Source of the DNA: an uncultured Chloroflexia bacterium
Lineage (GTDB): Bacteria; Chloroflexota; Anaerolineae; Anaerolineales; E44-bin32
Length of the DNA: 64,000 nt
Reading direction: 5' to 3'
Assembly (NCBI GenBank): GCA_963789825.1
Contig: CAWBME010000005.1
Location: 257,239 to 321,238, forward strand
The notes beneath the pieces were generated by a model, which worked only from the letters and a program-made list of their open reading frames with translations, searched no databases and was not told the DNA's origin. How positions within the stretch are numbered: position 1 is the first letter of the stretch; the number at the start of each line of letters is the position of its first letter. Below, in pieces: positions 55,526 through 64,000 of the stretch. The position numbers and the translations under genes are program-made.

Positions 55526-55889
55526 CCATCGCTCTCCATGACGTGGCTCACGATTTCTTGACCGGGGAGGCGGTGCTCGGGGATTGGCGCAGAAACTCTC
55601 CGAGCAGACGCTCCGAAGTCCCATTGCTGTACACCTCGGCCGTGTCCACCCAGTTCACGCCGGCCCGGCGTGAGACGTCGAAGGCCTGCCGGACATCGTG
55701 CAGCTGATGCGTCGAGCCATAGGACCAGAACCAGCGGTCGCCCCACTGCCAGGCGCCCAGCCCGATGGGGCTGATGCGGACCTCGGACTTCCCCAGGGGC
55801 AGCGTGCTGTCGAACTCGGATCGAAGACTCATCCATCGCTCTCCATGACGTGGCTCACGATTTCTTGACCGGGGACGCGGTGCTGCGGG
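55276..55889. repeat. Direct tandem duplication, 2 x 307 bp (about 98 percent identical)
   Basis: ATTGGCGCAGA(T/A)ACTCTCCGAGCAG...CTCATCCATCGCTCTCCATGACGTGGCTCACGATTTCTTGACCGGGGA occurs at 55276 and 55583. I counted about six mismatches by eye. Confidence 0.85.
55548..55832 (-). pseudogene. Truncated duplicate of the aldo/keto reductase 5' end (first ~90 codons) created by the 307-bp duplication
   Basis: MSLRSEFDSTLPLGKSEVRISPIGLGAWQWG...VYSNGTSERLLGEFLRQSP then reads across the duplication junction into STASPVKKS-stop. Confidence 0.6.
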
Positions 55890-57302
55890 CGCGGCCGTAG
55901 GCCGCCAGCGCTCGCTGTCGCGCCCAGCCGTGGTCGACCAGCGGCAGCGGGTACTGTTCGCCCAGGTGGCAGCCGGATTCGCGCTGCACGCCGGCCGGCA
56001 TCTCCCAGGGCTGGTGGATCCAGCCCTCGGGCACTTGTGCCAGCTCGGGGACCCAACGGCGGATGTACGCCCCGTCCGGATCATGGCGTTGGGCTTGCGC
56101 CGTCGGATTGAACACGCGGAAGTAGGGAGCGGCATCGGTGCCCGTCCCCGCCGCCCACTGCCAGCCGCCGTTGTTGGAGGCCGGGTCGCCGTCCAGCAGC
56201 TGCTGCATGAACCAGCGTCTCGCCCCAACGCCAATCGATCAGCAGATCCTTCACCAGGAAGGAAGCCACGATCATCCGTGCGCGATTGTGCATCCACCCG
56301 GTCGCTGCCAGCTGACGCATGGCCGCGTCAACCAGTGGGTAGCCGGTGCGGCCGGCACACCAGGCCTGGAAGGCGTGCCGATCGTTCTCCCAGCGGATCG
56401 AGCGCAGATCGGCACGGAAGCTACGGCGTCCGACGAGCGGGAAGTGGAACAGGATGGCCGCGAAGAACTCGCGCCAGATCAGTTCGTTCAGCCAGATGTC
56501 CGCACCCTCGCGGGCGGCCTTGTCCGGGGCCAGCTGATAGGCGTCGAGCGCCCCCAGCGCGGCCTGGCGCGCCGAGAGCATCCCGAAGCGCAAGTAGGGT
56601 GACAGCCGGGAAGTCCCAGGCAGGTCGACTCGGTCGCGGCCGAGGCTGTAATCGAAGATCGCTGCCGGCGAAGCGGTGGTGAACTGCTCCAGCTGTCGGT
56701 GGGCGGCGGCCTCGCCGGGCTGGAACTCGTTCGCCTCCACGGCCTCGGGCCGCGGGATCGGCAGGCCGGCGATGCGCGCAGGGGTCGGGATCGAGGCGGG
56801 GGCAGGCAGCAACTCGGGCCGGCCGGGCAGTGGCAGCGACCTCCAGGTGCGCCCGAAGGGCGTGAAGATGGTGTACGGCGTTCCGTCGCGCTTGAGGACG
56901 GCCGCCGGATCGTGCACCGTCGGCCATCCGGTCAGCATCAGCGGGAGGCGTTCGGCGACCTCGGCATCGCGCCGACGGGCGTACGGCGAGACGTCGGCCT
57001 CGGCGAAGATAGCCCGAGCGTCGACCTCGGCGGCCAGCTCGCCCAGCGCTTCGACGGGCACGCCCTGCCGCAGGATCAGCCGCGATCCGCGTGACCTCAG
57101 ATCCTGGTCGAGCGCGCGCAGTCCGTCGAACAGGAAAGCCTGTCGGCGCGGGCTGGCGTTCTTCCCTCCGAGCAGCTGGGGGTCGAGGATGAACACGGGG
57201 ACGACACGTCCCCTCGGCGCACCCCGCCTGCAATGCCGGATTGTCCAGCAGTCGCAGGTCGCGTCGGATCCACCACAGGGCAACCGATCGGCTGCGGCTC
57301 AT
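55855..57302 (-). CDS. phr: Deoxyribodipyrimidine photolyase / cryptochrome family; two apparent frameshifts near 57220 and 56215
   Basis: [24 protein letters not shown] / ...[12 protein letters not shown]...[43 protein letters not shown] / ...[32 protein letters not shown].... Confidence 0.85.
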
Positions 57303-58831
57303 ACTGCTCCAGCCTGATGCCCTGGCGCATGCTCAACGGGCATGCCGGATCGGGCGGCCTCGCCCAGGACGAGTTGCGCCACGCGCAGCCCTCCGAGGGC
57401 GACGGCGGTCGTCGATTGGCCCGGGAAGATGCTGTCGCCTACGCGGTACAGCCCCCGGCCGAGGCGCGGGGCCTCGAAGCGCAGCAGATGGGTCTGTGGG
57501 TATCCGCCGACCCAGCCGCCGGCGCGCAGGGTGAAGCGCTCGAAGGTGAGTGGCGTGGCGGGGAGCAGCAACCGGACACGCGAGCGGATGCCCGGGATGG
57601 CTGCTTCGGCGGCCTGCAGCAGGCGCTCGGTGTAGCGCTCGCGGCGGCCCTCGAAGGCTGCCGGGTCCCGCCGGTGCAGCTCCCACCAGGGATGGGGCAG
57701 GGTGTGCGTGCTGAGGGTGACCGCCCGATGGCCGGAGGGCGCCCGCGCCGAATCCCAGTGCGGGCTGAGCGAGAGGAAGACGCTGTTGCCCTCGCCCAGC
57801 GGCTCCCCCAGGATGGCCTGATGGTGCAGGGGCAAGTCGTCTGGGAGCCCGTCGCCCTCGACCCCGAGGTACAAGCAGAATGCGCTCCAGGCATCGGACG
57901 ACGGCACATCCGCCGGGTCCGATTGGCGGCGGCGCGGCGCATCGACCAGCAGCCGGTGGATGTTGGCCGAAGGGAGGTTGAAGATGACCTGAGAAGCCTG
58001 CAGCGACAGTCCCTTGGCGGTCTCGACGCGGTATCCCGAAGCGCCCGCAATTGGACGCACGGCCGTGACCCGCTGGCGGTAGTGAATCGTCCCGCCCAGC
58101 CGTGTGATCTGGGCGGCCAGTGTCTTGGCCAACGTACCCATCCCGCCCGGCAGGTGCACGACGCCGCGCCGCGGCAGGTCAAGCGCCGCTGCAGCGTAGA
58201 GGGCGTTGGCGCGGGCCGAAGGGGTCTGTGCCGAAATCAACAATTGGGCATCGACCAGCAGCCGCGTGCGATCCGATGCCGCCCCCAATCGCCTCCGAAC
58301 GGGAAGGAGGGCGTCCAGTGCCATCCCGGGAAGGGTTGCCGGAGCGCGGGCGGCGATGCCGACGGCGAGACCGGCCAGCGCCCGCACCTGCCTCGGTGAC
58401 TGTGGCGGCCAGGGCGGCAGCTGCTGCGCCGCCTGCCAAAGCCGATCGGCGGTTTGTTCCTGCCAGCGCCAGAAGGCTTCCGCCTTCGGGTCCAGCCTCA
58501 GGCGCTCCTCCTGCCACCGGGCGGGGTCTCCCCAGCGTTGGACCACCATTCCATCCGGCAGGTGAACGGTCATCGCCGGATCCGTGGGCCGGGCGTCCCA
58601 GCCGTCGAGGCCGATGGCGCGCGCAACCAGGTCCATCGGCCCACCGGCAGCGAACCCTCCGGCCAGTGTCGCGCCGGCGTCGAAGCGATAGCCTTGATGG
58701 TAGAAGGTGCCGGCGCAGCCTCCGGGGTAGATGTGCGCCTCCAGCACGACCACCGGCGCGCCGGCGCGGGCAAGCCTGGCGGCCGCCACCAGGCCGCCGA
58801 TGCCCGCGCCGACCACGACGACAGGCTTCAT
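57299..58831 (-). CDS. FAD-dependent oxidoreductase of the phytoene desaturase (CrtI/CrtD) family
   Basis: MKPVVVVGAGIGGLVAAARLARAGAPVVVLEAHIYPGGCAGTF...; 510 aa, intact. Start and stop overlap the neighbouring genes. Confidence 0.8.
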   Translation of the reverse strand: MKPVVVVGAGIGGLVAAARLARAGAPVVVLEAHIYPGGCAGTFYHQGYRFDAGATLAGGFAAGGPMDLVARAIGLDGWDARPTDPAMTVHLPDGMVVQRWGDPARWQEERLRLDPKAEAFWRWQEQTADRLWQAAQQLPPWPPQSPRQVRALAGLAVGIAARAPATLPGMALDALLPVRRRLGAASDRTRLLVDAQLLISAQTPSARANALYAAAALDLPRRGVVHLPGGMGTLAKTLAAQITRLGGTIHYRQRVTAVRPIAGASGYRVETAKGLSLQASQVIFNLPSANIHRLLVDAPRRRQSDPADVPSSDAWSAFCLYLGVEGDGLPDDLPLHHQAILGEPLGEGNSVFLSLSPHWDSARAPSGHRAVTLSTHTLPHPWWELHRRDPAAFEGRRERYTERLLQAAEAAIPGIRSRVRLLLPATPLTFERFTLRAGGWVGGYPQTHLLRFEAPRLGRGLYRVGDSIFPGQSTTAVALGGLRVAQLVLGEAARSGMPVEHAPGHQAGAV

Positions 58832-59271
58832 TCCAGTTCCAGCAGGCTGCGCGTGCGCCGGGCGCGGAAGGCGAACAAGAGCGGCAGGCCCAACACCATC
58901 CCCAACCCGAACGGACCCCACCAGAGATGCGGACGTAAACGGATCTCGATCTCGTCGCGGACTTCGGTCAGTTCCGGCCCAAGCTCATGGAAACCGTGCC
59001 GATGGACCCAGCGCCGGAATGGACCGGACTCCTGCACATCCACGAATCCTTGCTGCGTGACGTCCTCGAGGCGCGCCGCCCAGTGCACCGGGAGCGGGCC
59101 GAACCAGAGCGTGAAGCGCATCTGGCCGCCGCTCTCCAGCGAAGCAGGGGCGTCACGAAGCTGCATGCGGATCGGGGGCGGCGTGATTGCCGCCAGTGCT
59201 TCGGGGCGAGCGTGGAAGTCGCGCACCCGCTCGACGGGAGCGCGCAGGGTGAACGTGTGGCGGTAGATCAT
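58828..59271 (-). CDS. SRPBCC (START / cyclase-dehydrase-like) ligand-binding protein with a C-terminal TM segment
   Basis: MIYRHTFTLRAPVERVRDFHARPEALAAITPPP...FRRWVHRHGF...; tail WWGPFGLGMVLGLPLLFAF. Confidence 0.65.
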   Translation of the reverse strand: MIYRHTFTLRAPVERVRDFHARPEALAAITPPPIRMQLRDAPASLESGGQMRFTLWFGPLPVHWAARLEDVTQQGFVDVQESGPFRRWVHRHGFHELGPELTEVRDEIEIRLRPHLWWGPFGLGMVLGLPLLFAFRARRTRSLLELE

Positions 59272-60200
59272 CGATAGAGATCGGCGAGTGCCTGCTCGGC
59301 TGACGGGAACTCGAACGCAAACCCTAGATCCTGCAAGCGCTGGGGGATGATCTGGCAGCCATTGAGCACCAGGGTCGCTTTCTCTCCCATCATCAGGCGC
59401 AGCAGGAAAGCTGGCGTCGGGAACCAGAAGGGACGCCGCAGCGCGCGTCCAACGGCGCGGCCGAAGTCGTCGCTGCTCACCGCTCCGGGGGCGACCAGAT
59501 TGAAGGCGCCTGCGCCCTCGGGGCGCTCGATCAGGAAGCGGATGGCCGCCACCTCATCCCGCAGGTCGATCCACGGGACCCACTGTCGCCCGCTTCCCAG
59601 CCGCCCGCCGATCATCAGCCGGAAGGGCAAGGCCATCATCGGCAGGATGCCTCCCTGCGCACCCAAGACTACGCCTGAGCGGATGACCGCGCGCCGAACC
59701 CCCAGGGATTCGACCGCCTGGGAGGAGGCCTCCCACTCGACGCACACGGAGGCCAGGAAATCCTCCCCGGCGGGTTGGGTCTCTGCCACGGGGCCGGATT
59801 GGGCGACGCCGTAGTAATTAACCCCGGAAGCCTGGATGAAGGCGGTTGGCCGTCGATGTGCCTGGCGGATCGCCTGCGTCAGGACCTTGCCGGTGTCAGC
59901 GCGGCTGGAGCGGATCGCTCGCTTCTTGGCATCGGTCCAGCGGCCAAACAGGATGGAGGGCAGGCTCTCCCCGGCGATGCTGACTCCGGCCAGGTTGACG
60001 ACGGCGTGCGCCCCGTCGACTTCGGCCGCCCAGTCGCCGAGATTCCTGCCGTCCCACCGGACTTCACGGATCCCGGAAGCGGGAGATTGCGCCGAGGCGG
60101 GAGTCCGGGTCAGCACGACCACCTCCCAGCCCGCGGCGGCCATCTCGTCGGCTAGAGCCCTCCCTATCAACCCAGAACCACCTGCAAGAATGACGCGCAT
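59268..60200 (-). CDS. YfcH-type atypical SDR (NAD-dependent epimerase-like with a DUF1731-type C-terminus)
   Basis: MRVILAGGSGLIGRALADEMAAAGWEVVVLTR..., ...WVPWIDLRDEVAAIRFL..., ...FEFPSAEQAL. Confidence 0.75.
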   Translation of the reverse strand: MRVILAGGSGLIGRALADEMAAAGWEVVVLTRTPASAQSPASGIREVRWDGRNLGDWAAEVDGAHAVVNLAGVSIAGESLPSILFGRWTDAKKRAIRSSRADTGKVLTQAIRQAHRRPTAFIQASGVNYYGVAQSGPVAETQPAGEDFLASVCVEWEASSQAVESLGVRRAVIRSGVVLGAQGGILPMMALPFRLMIGGRLGSGRQWVPWIDLRDEVAAIRFLIERPEGAGAFNLVAPGAVSSDDFGRAVGRALRRPFWFPTPAFLLRLMMGEKATLVLNGCQIIPQRLQDLGFAFEFPSAEQALADLYR

Positions 60201-60312
60201 CTGCTCCTACCTTCCGTATCTGCTCGCTTGGGTGCTGCTGGCGGATGCTCGCTGCACGTGCGGGCCGCGTGCCGGACAGATCGCCGGCGGGGACCGCCGA
60301 GCGATCCCAGCC

Positions 60313-61620
60313 CTACCCGCCGAGCGTCCTCTGGAACCAGTCCAGGATGGGGCGACCGCTATCGCCCATTTGACGGGCGACTGCCCGGCTGAAGGTCTGC
60401 AGGTACTGCCGGAGCAGCTCGGGCTTCAGGTTGCGGTTGCTGATCAGGCCTTCGACCCAGGCGATGTCGCTTCCGAGAAGGCTCATGTCCCCCAGGGTGA
60501 GGGCGGCTCGGATCTCGGCGCTGAAGCTGGGATTGACCTCGCTGAGGATGTGATGCGGGATGGCGCCGTTGAGGTTCGAGACCACATCGGCCAGGATCGC
60601 TGCCTGGTGGGAGTCGAAGGCCTCACGCGCCTTACGATAGAGGGCCGAGGGTTTGTTGGGGGTCGGAGACGGAGCGCTCGCACTGAGCAATGCCTCGACG
60701 CTTGCCGGGACCTCGGACAGGGTGTTGCCAAGGAAGTGGCCGGGAATCAGTTGTCGGAGTTCGGGGAGCAGGCTGGCGATCCGTCCACCGTAAGCGAGCG
60801 GGACCGCTTGAGTTCCGAGCAGCTCGGCGATCGCCGGGAGGTGGGCGGCGGCCGGGAGGGTTTGCACAGGGGCGATCACCAGATCGGCGCCGTTGTCGGC
60901 CAAGGCGCGATCGAGATTCTGGAGCGGAACATTGGCGCCGAGGTAGACGACATGCCACCCGCGGCGTCGCAGCAACAGGGTGACAAGCAGCGGCGCGAAG
61001 GTGTGCTGCTCGCCTGGCGGGCACACCACCAGGATCCGCCCCTTGCGCGTCGCGGGAGGGGTGGTCAGCAGCAGCGACTCGAGGCGGCGCTGGGCTAACT
61101 CGGAGGCGAAGTGTTCTTGCTGCGTCGTGCTTCCCCCGGCATACCAGGCGTCGCCGATCTCGGAAAGGCCGCGCTGCAGGATGTCGACCAGGACGCTCTC
61201 GGCGGGGTACAGTGCGAAGGCTTGCGACAGCGTGGCTTCGGCGAGCGGCTCATCGTAGGCCATGCAGGCTGTCACCCAGCCCTGGCGCAGTTCTGAGAGC
61301 GCTTCGCCGCTGACGGACGGCAAGCGCGTCGGATCAGCGGCGCGGTAGACCGGCAGGGACAGCGGGTCCTCACCGTTGGCGCTGTGCCGCTGCCACAGCT
61401 CTGCGGCGCGGCTGATGCTCATCCCCTCAGCCTGACGGGCAACGAGCCACTTCAGCGTCTCGATGTCGCGTGGGGAGTACAGACGGTGACCGCCGCCGCT
61501 GCGATCCGGATGGGGAAGGCCGTAGCGCCTCTCCCAGGCACGCAGCGTGTCCGGCTTAAGACCGGTTTCGCGCACGACTGCCTTCAGGTTGAAGGTCGGG
61601 GTATCTGCCGTCGACGGCAT
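60313..61620 (-). CDS. carH: MerR-family regulator with a cobalamin-binding domain (CarH/LitR-type light sensor) plus a ~130-aa C-terminal extension
   Basis: MerR HTH FNLKAVVRETGLKPDTLRAWERRYGL. W-x9-E-H motif (DAWYAGGSTTQQEHF). B12 loop ILVVCPPGEQHTFAPLLV (E-x-H-x-x-A). Confidence 0.75.
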   Translation of the reverse strand: MPSTADTPTFNLKAVVRETGLKPDTLRAWERRYGLPHPDRSGGGHRLYSPRDIETLKWLVARQAEGMSISRAAELWQRHSANGEDPLSLPVYRAADPTRLPSVSGEALSELRQGWVTACMAYDEPLAEATLSQAFALYPAESVLVDILQRGLSEIGDAWYAGGSTTQQEHFASELAQRRLESLLLTTPPATRKGRILVVCPPGEQHTFAPLLVTLLLRRRGWHVVYLGANVPLQNLDRALADNGADLVIAPVQTLPAAAHLPAIAELLGTQAVPLAYGGRIASLLPELRQLIPGHFLGNTLSEVPASVEALLSASAPSPTPNKPSALYRKAREAFDSHQAAILADVVSNLNGAIPHHILSEVNPSFSAEIRAALTLGDMSLLGSDIAWVEGLISNRNLKPELLRQYLQTFSRAVARQMGDSGRPILDWFQRTLGG

Positions 61621-61648
61621 GCACCTGCTCCTCGGAGTGTATGAAAGC

Positions 61649-61678
61649 ATCCTACCACATCTGTCTAGTTTTTGTCTA
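61649..61678 (-). promoter_or_regulatory. Putative carH promoter with two 11-bp-spaced TAGACA direct repeats (candidate CarH operator)
   Basis: The minus strand reads TAGACAaaaacTAGACAgatgtggTAGGAT. The first TAGACA is a -35-like box 18 nt from the TG-n-TAGGAT -10 box. A GAGGAG RBS lies 8 nt before the ATG. Confidence 0.35.
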
Positions 61679-61778
61679 TACCCGCACCAGATAGTCGCAA
61701 CCGGGGATTCGGGGGGCTTGGGGAAACCGCACGCCGCCCGTGAGGGCGGCGGGGAGCCAGGGAGAGGCTGAGTGGGTG

Positions 61779-61851
61779 TGCCCCCACGGGGATTCGAACC
61801 CCGGTTTAGGCCTTGAAAGGGCCGCGTCCTGGTCCACTAGACGATGGGGGC
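61779..61851 (-). tRNA. tRNA-Glu: tRNA-Glu (anticodon UUC)
   Basis: I folded the reverse complement GCCCCCATCGTCTAGTGGACCAGGACGCGGCCCTTTCAAGGCCTAAACCGGGGTTCGAATCCCCGTGGGGGCA by hand. It has a 7-bp acceptor stem, a D arm GTCT/GGAC, an anticodon loop CUUUCAA and a T arm CGGGG-TTCGAAT-CCCCG. No CCA is encoded. Confidence 0.9.
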
Positions 61852-61916
61852 CGATCGACGGCCATTCTACCATCCGCGCTCGAGGCCGGTCAACGCGTGA
61901 GCGGGCGCGGGTGCGC

Positions 61917-63317
61917 TCAGCGCTTGCGCGGCCGGCGGGGGCGCCCTTCGACGTAGGAGGGCACGGTCAAGCCGAACACCGTGCACAGCCGGTTGTCGAG
62001 CATGCGCGAACGGATGCGAGGGTCGATCTCGTCCAAGCGCAGAGAGCTGGTGATCACCGTGGGCAGGGCCTTGTTGTAGCGGTGGTTGAGGATCTGGTAC
62101 AGCTTCTCCTGGGCCCAGGCGGTCGAGGCCTGCGTCCCGAGATCGTCCAGCACCAGCAGCGGAGTCTCGCGGATCTCGTCAAAGCGTCGGTCATAGGAAA
62201 CCGGACTGGATGGGCTGAAGGTTGCCCGCAGATGGTCGAGCAGGTCCGGCACCGGAACGAACATCACCGGGTAGCCCTGGCTGGCGCGATAGTTGGCGAT
62301 GGCCGCTGCCAGGTGGGTCTTGCCACTGCCATAGGTCCCGCTGAGCACCAGCCAGCCGGATGGCTCTTCGGCGAACTTGCGGGCCACGTCGAAGGCTTTG
62401 TGCAAGTTGCGCATATCGTCGGCCGAGAGCTTCTCCTCCTCGCGCAGGCTGAGCGTGCCGAAGGTCTGCTTGCCGTGTACATCCAGGGTGGAGAGCTCGT
62501 GTTGACCGAGGTCGTCGATCGGCCGGCGGTAGTCAGGCGCCTGGATCAGCACATGGTTGACGAGTTCGGGATCGGACAGGCGCGAGCGCAGCCGTCCATC
62601 GATCTCGTTCAGCGGCTGGTTGGTCGTGAGCACCGCAGGAAGGTGATTGATGTAGCGGTAGTTGAGGATCTGGAACAGCTTCTCGCGCGCCCATTCGGTA
62701 GCATGCTGGGTTCCCAGGTCATCCAGCACCAGCAGCCCGGCGTTGCGGATCTGGTCGAACCGATCTTCGTAATTGGTAGCCTCGCTGTCGAAGGCGGCGC
62801 GCAGCGAATCCAGCAGATCGGGCACGGTCAGGAACAGCGTTGGGACGCCGAGCGAGACGCACTCGTTGGCGATGGCCGCCGCCAGGTGGGTCTTACCGCA
62901 GCCGTAGCCTCCTTGCAGCAGCAGCCAGCCATCGAGGGTGTGGGCGTAGTGCCGGCTGGCCTGGAAGGCGCGCTCGAGCGATTCCTGGTGATAGGTGGCC
63001 AGGTTGGGGCGGCCGCGCGGCAGGAACGACTCGAAGGTCAGATCTTGCAGGCGGTCAAGCCGGCTGAGGCTGAACAGCTGCTGGCGGACCTGGCGGCGCA
63101 GGCCGGCCTGGCGGCAGGTGCAGGGCTCGAGCCGACCGAAGTCCGGGTCGCCCAGCGGCCGCTCGCGGCGCAGGTAGCCCAGTCCGTGGCAGTGCGGGCA
63201 ACTCGGATCGCCGGAATCCCCGGCGGCCGGGTCAGTGGTCGATGAAGTCGGCGTAGTCGCCCTCGACGTAGCGGCGGCGATCCGCTTCAGTGTCTCGGAG
63301 ATCTTCTCGCTCATCAC
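61917..63317 (-). CDS. Tandem double DnaC/DnaI-like AAA+ helicase-loader protein with an N-terminal CxxCxGxG zinc motif
   Basis: Two full modules: GWLLLQGGYGCGKTHLAAAIAN...LLVLDDLG...TTN and GWLVLSGTYGSGKTHLAAAIAN...LLVLDDLG...ITSS. The N-terminus has SCPHCHGLGYL...CTC. Confidence 0.8.
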   Translation of the reverse strand: MMSEKISETLKRIAAATSRATTPTSSTTDPAAGDSGDPSCPHCHGLGYLRRERPLGDPDFGRLEPCTCRQAGLRRQVRQQLFSLSRLDRLQDLTFESFLPRGRPNLATYHQESLERAFQASRHYAHTLDGWLLLQGGYGCGKTHLAAAIANECVSLGVPTLFLTVPDLLDSLRAAFDSEATNYEDRFDQIRNAGLLVLDDLGTQHATEWAREKLFQILNYRYINHLPAVLTTNQPLNEIDGRLRSRLSDPELVNHVLIQAPDYRRPIDDLGQHELSTLDVHGKQTFGTLSLREEEKLSADDMRNLHKAFDVARKFAEEPSGWLVLSGTYGSGKTHLAAAIANYRASQGYPVMFVPVPDLLDHLRATFSPSSPVSYDRRFDEIRETPLLVLDDLGTQASTAWAQEKLYQILNHRYNKALPTVITSSLRLDEIDPRIRSRMLDNRLCTVFGLTVPSYVEGRPRRPRKR

Positions 63318-63940
63318 GTCCCTTTGCCTGCCAGTCGTTCAGGATGGCCTGGACGTACGACCACTTGCGCACATTGTTGGCGACGGCGATGCGCATCGCC
63401 TCCTCGACCCAGGGTGCCGGGTAGCTGCGCTCGGCGTCGCGCAGGTGATCGGCGATCATCGGCGTCAGCGGACCGATGTTCTGCTCGTACAGGCTATAGA
63501 TGTTCGGCCGCTCGGGCAAGTCGATCTGCCCCAGCAGGTCTTCCGGCGCTGGCGACCACGCCCCGCTGGCCAGGCCGCCGGCGGCTGCCCGCCCGCGTTC
63601 GGTATTCAGGAAGTATAGCGTGGGCTCGCCCTCGCCAGCGGAGGCCGAGACCAGTGTGCCGCGCGCCACGGCGCGTGCCAGAGCGTCGTCCAGCGCGGCG
63701 TCTTCCTGCGTGCCCGAGGCACCCAGCGCCAGCATCAACCGGGCGTCCTGCGCCAGCTGTTGGCGCGTCAGGAAGCGCGAGCGTGCCCTCGCGGCGGGCG
63801 AGGGCATACAGCGCATACAGGCTGAGCTTGAGCTCGCCCAGATCGTCGATCGCCGGCAGAAGCTCGCGGAAGAAAGCCTCCGGCACGGGCGTCATGCGCT
63901 GACGTCCCTCCGGGAAGCCGGGGAAGCCTTGGCCGCTCAC
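63232..63940 (-). CDS. DnaD / replication-initiation (DnaB_2 domain)-like protein; apparent frameshift near 63790
   Basis: MSGQGFPGFPEGRQRMTPVPEAFFRELLPAIDDLGELKLSLYALYALARREG / ...RFLTRQQLAQDARLM...PNIYSLYEQNIGPLTPMIADHLRDAERSYPAPWVEEAMRIAVANNVRKWSYVQAILNDWQAKG.... Confidence 0.7.
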
Positions 63941-64000
63941 CCCACCCTCGAGGGGGGCGCGCTAGACCGGCTCTTCAGCCAGGTGAATGGTGCGCGTTTC

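Noticed and set aside
61779-64000. tRNA-Glu followed by DnaC-like and DnaD-like genes as the edge of a prophage or integrative element
   Set aside because: The visible part has no integrase, excisionase, att-like direct repeat of the tRNA 3' end, or phage structural genes. DnaD/DnaI-type loaders are chromosomal in several monoderm lineages. This cannot be excluded, because the window ends at 64000.

Overview
High-GC, gene-dense bacterial chromosomal segment. I saw no rRNA, CRISPR array, transposase or integrase. About 55 protein genes and one tRNA-Glu(UUC) can be supported. Most content is housekeeping or metabolic: gatC-gatA and a separated gatB, gyrA, rplS, murI, birA, butyryl-CoA-type genes (acyl-CoA dehydrogenase, 3-hydroxybutyryl-CoA dehydrogenase, thiolase), an archaeal-style upper mevalonate module (thiolase-like / DUF35 / thiolase-like / HMG-CoA synthase / class II HMG-CoA reductase), four GT-C membrane glycosyltransferase paralogs, several alpha/beta hydrolases, a GAF-GAF histidine kinase with a stand-alone receiver, a penicillin-acylase-family hydrolase, and DnaD-like plus DnaC/DnaI-like loader genes. 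Stand-out items: (1) A translationally coupled 4-gene operon (30175-36197) encodes a membrane-anchored octaheme tetrathionate-reductase-family cytochrome, a heptaheme cytochrome c fused to a di-heme cytochrome b membrane domain, and a split YeeE/YedE sulfur-transporter pair. The second YeeE/YedE half carries a Cys-less rhodanese domain and a SoxY-like C-terminal GGGCG tail. I read this as a candidate undescribed sulfur-compound respiration/uptake module. (2) Two thioredoxin-fold genes have an in-frame TGA exactly at the first Cys of the CxxC motif (U-P-P-C and U-P-F-C), each followed by a hairpin. They are probable selenoproteins. (3) A CarH-type B12 photoreceptor regulator heads an operon ending in photolyase. 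(4) A family of palindromic intergenic repeats includes a 41-44 bp tandem array directly upstream of gyrA. (5) I traced roughly 30 apparent frameshifts by hand, including in essential gyrA and gatB. I interpret most as assembly indel errors, so every frameshifted call needs polishing before biological interpretation. Gene content would fit a Chloroflexota-like organism, but taxonomy cannot be established from this window.
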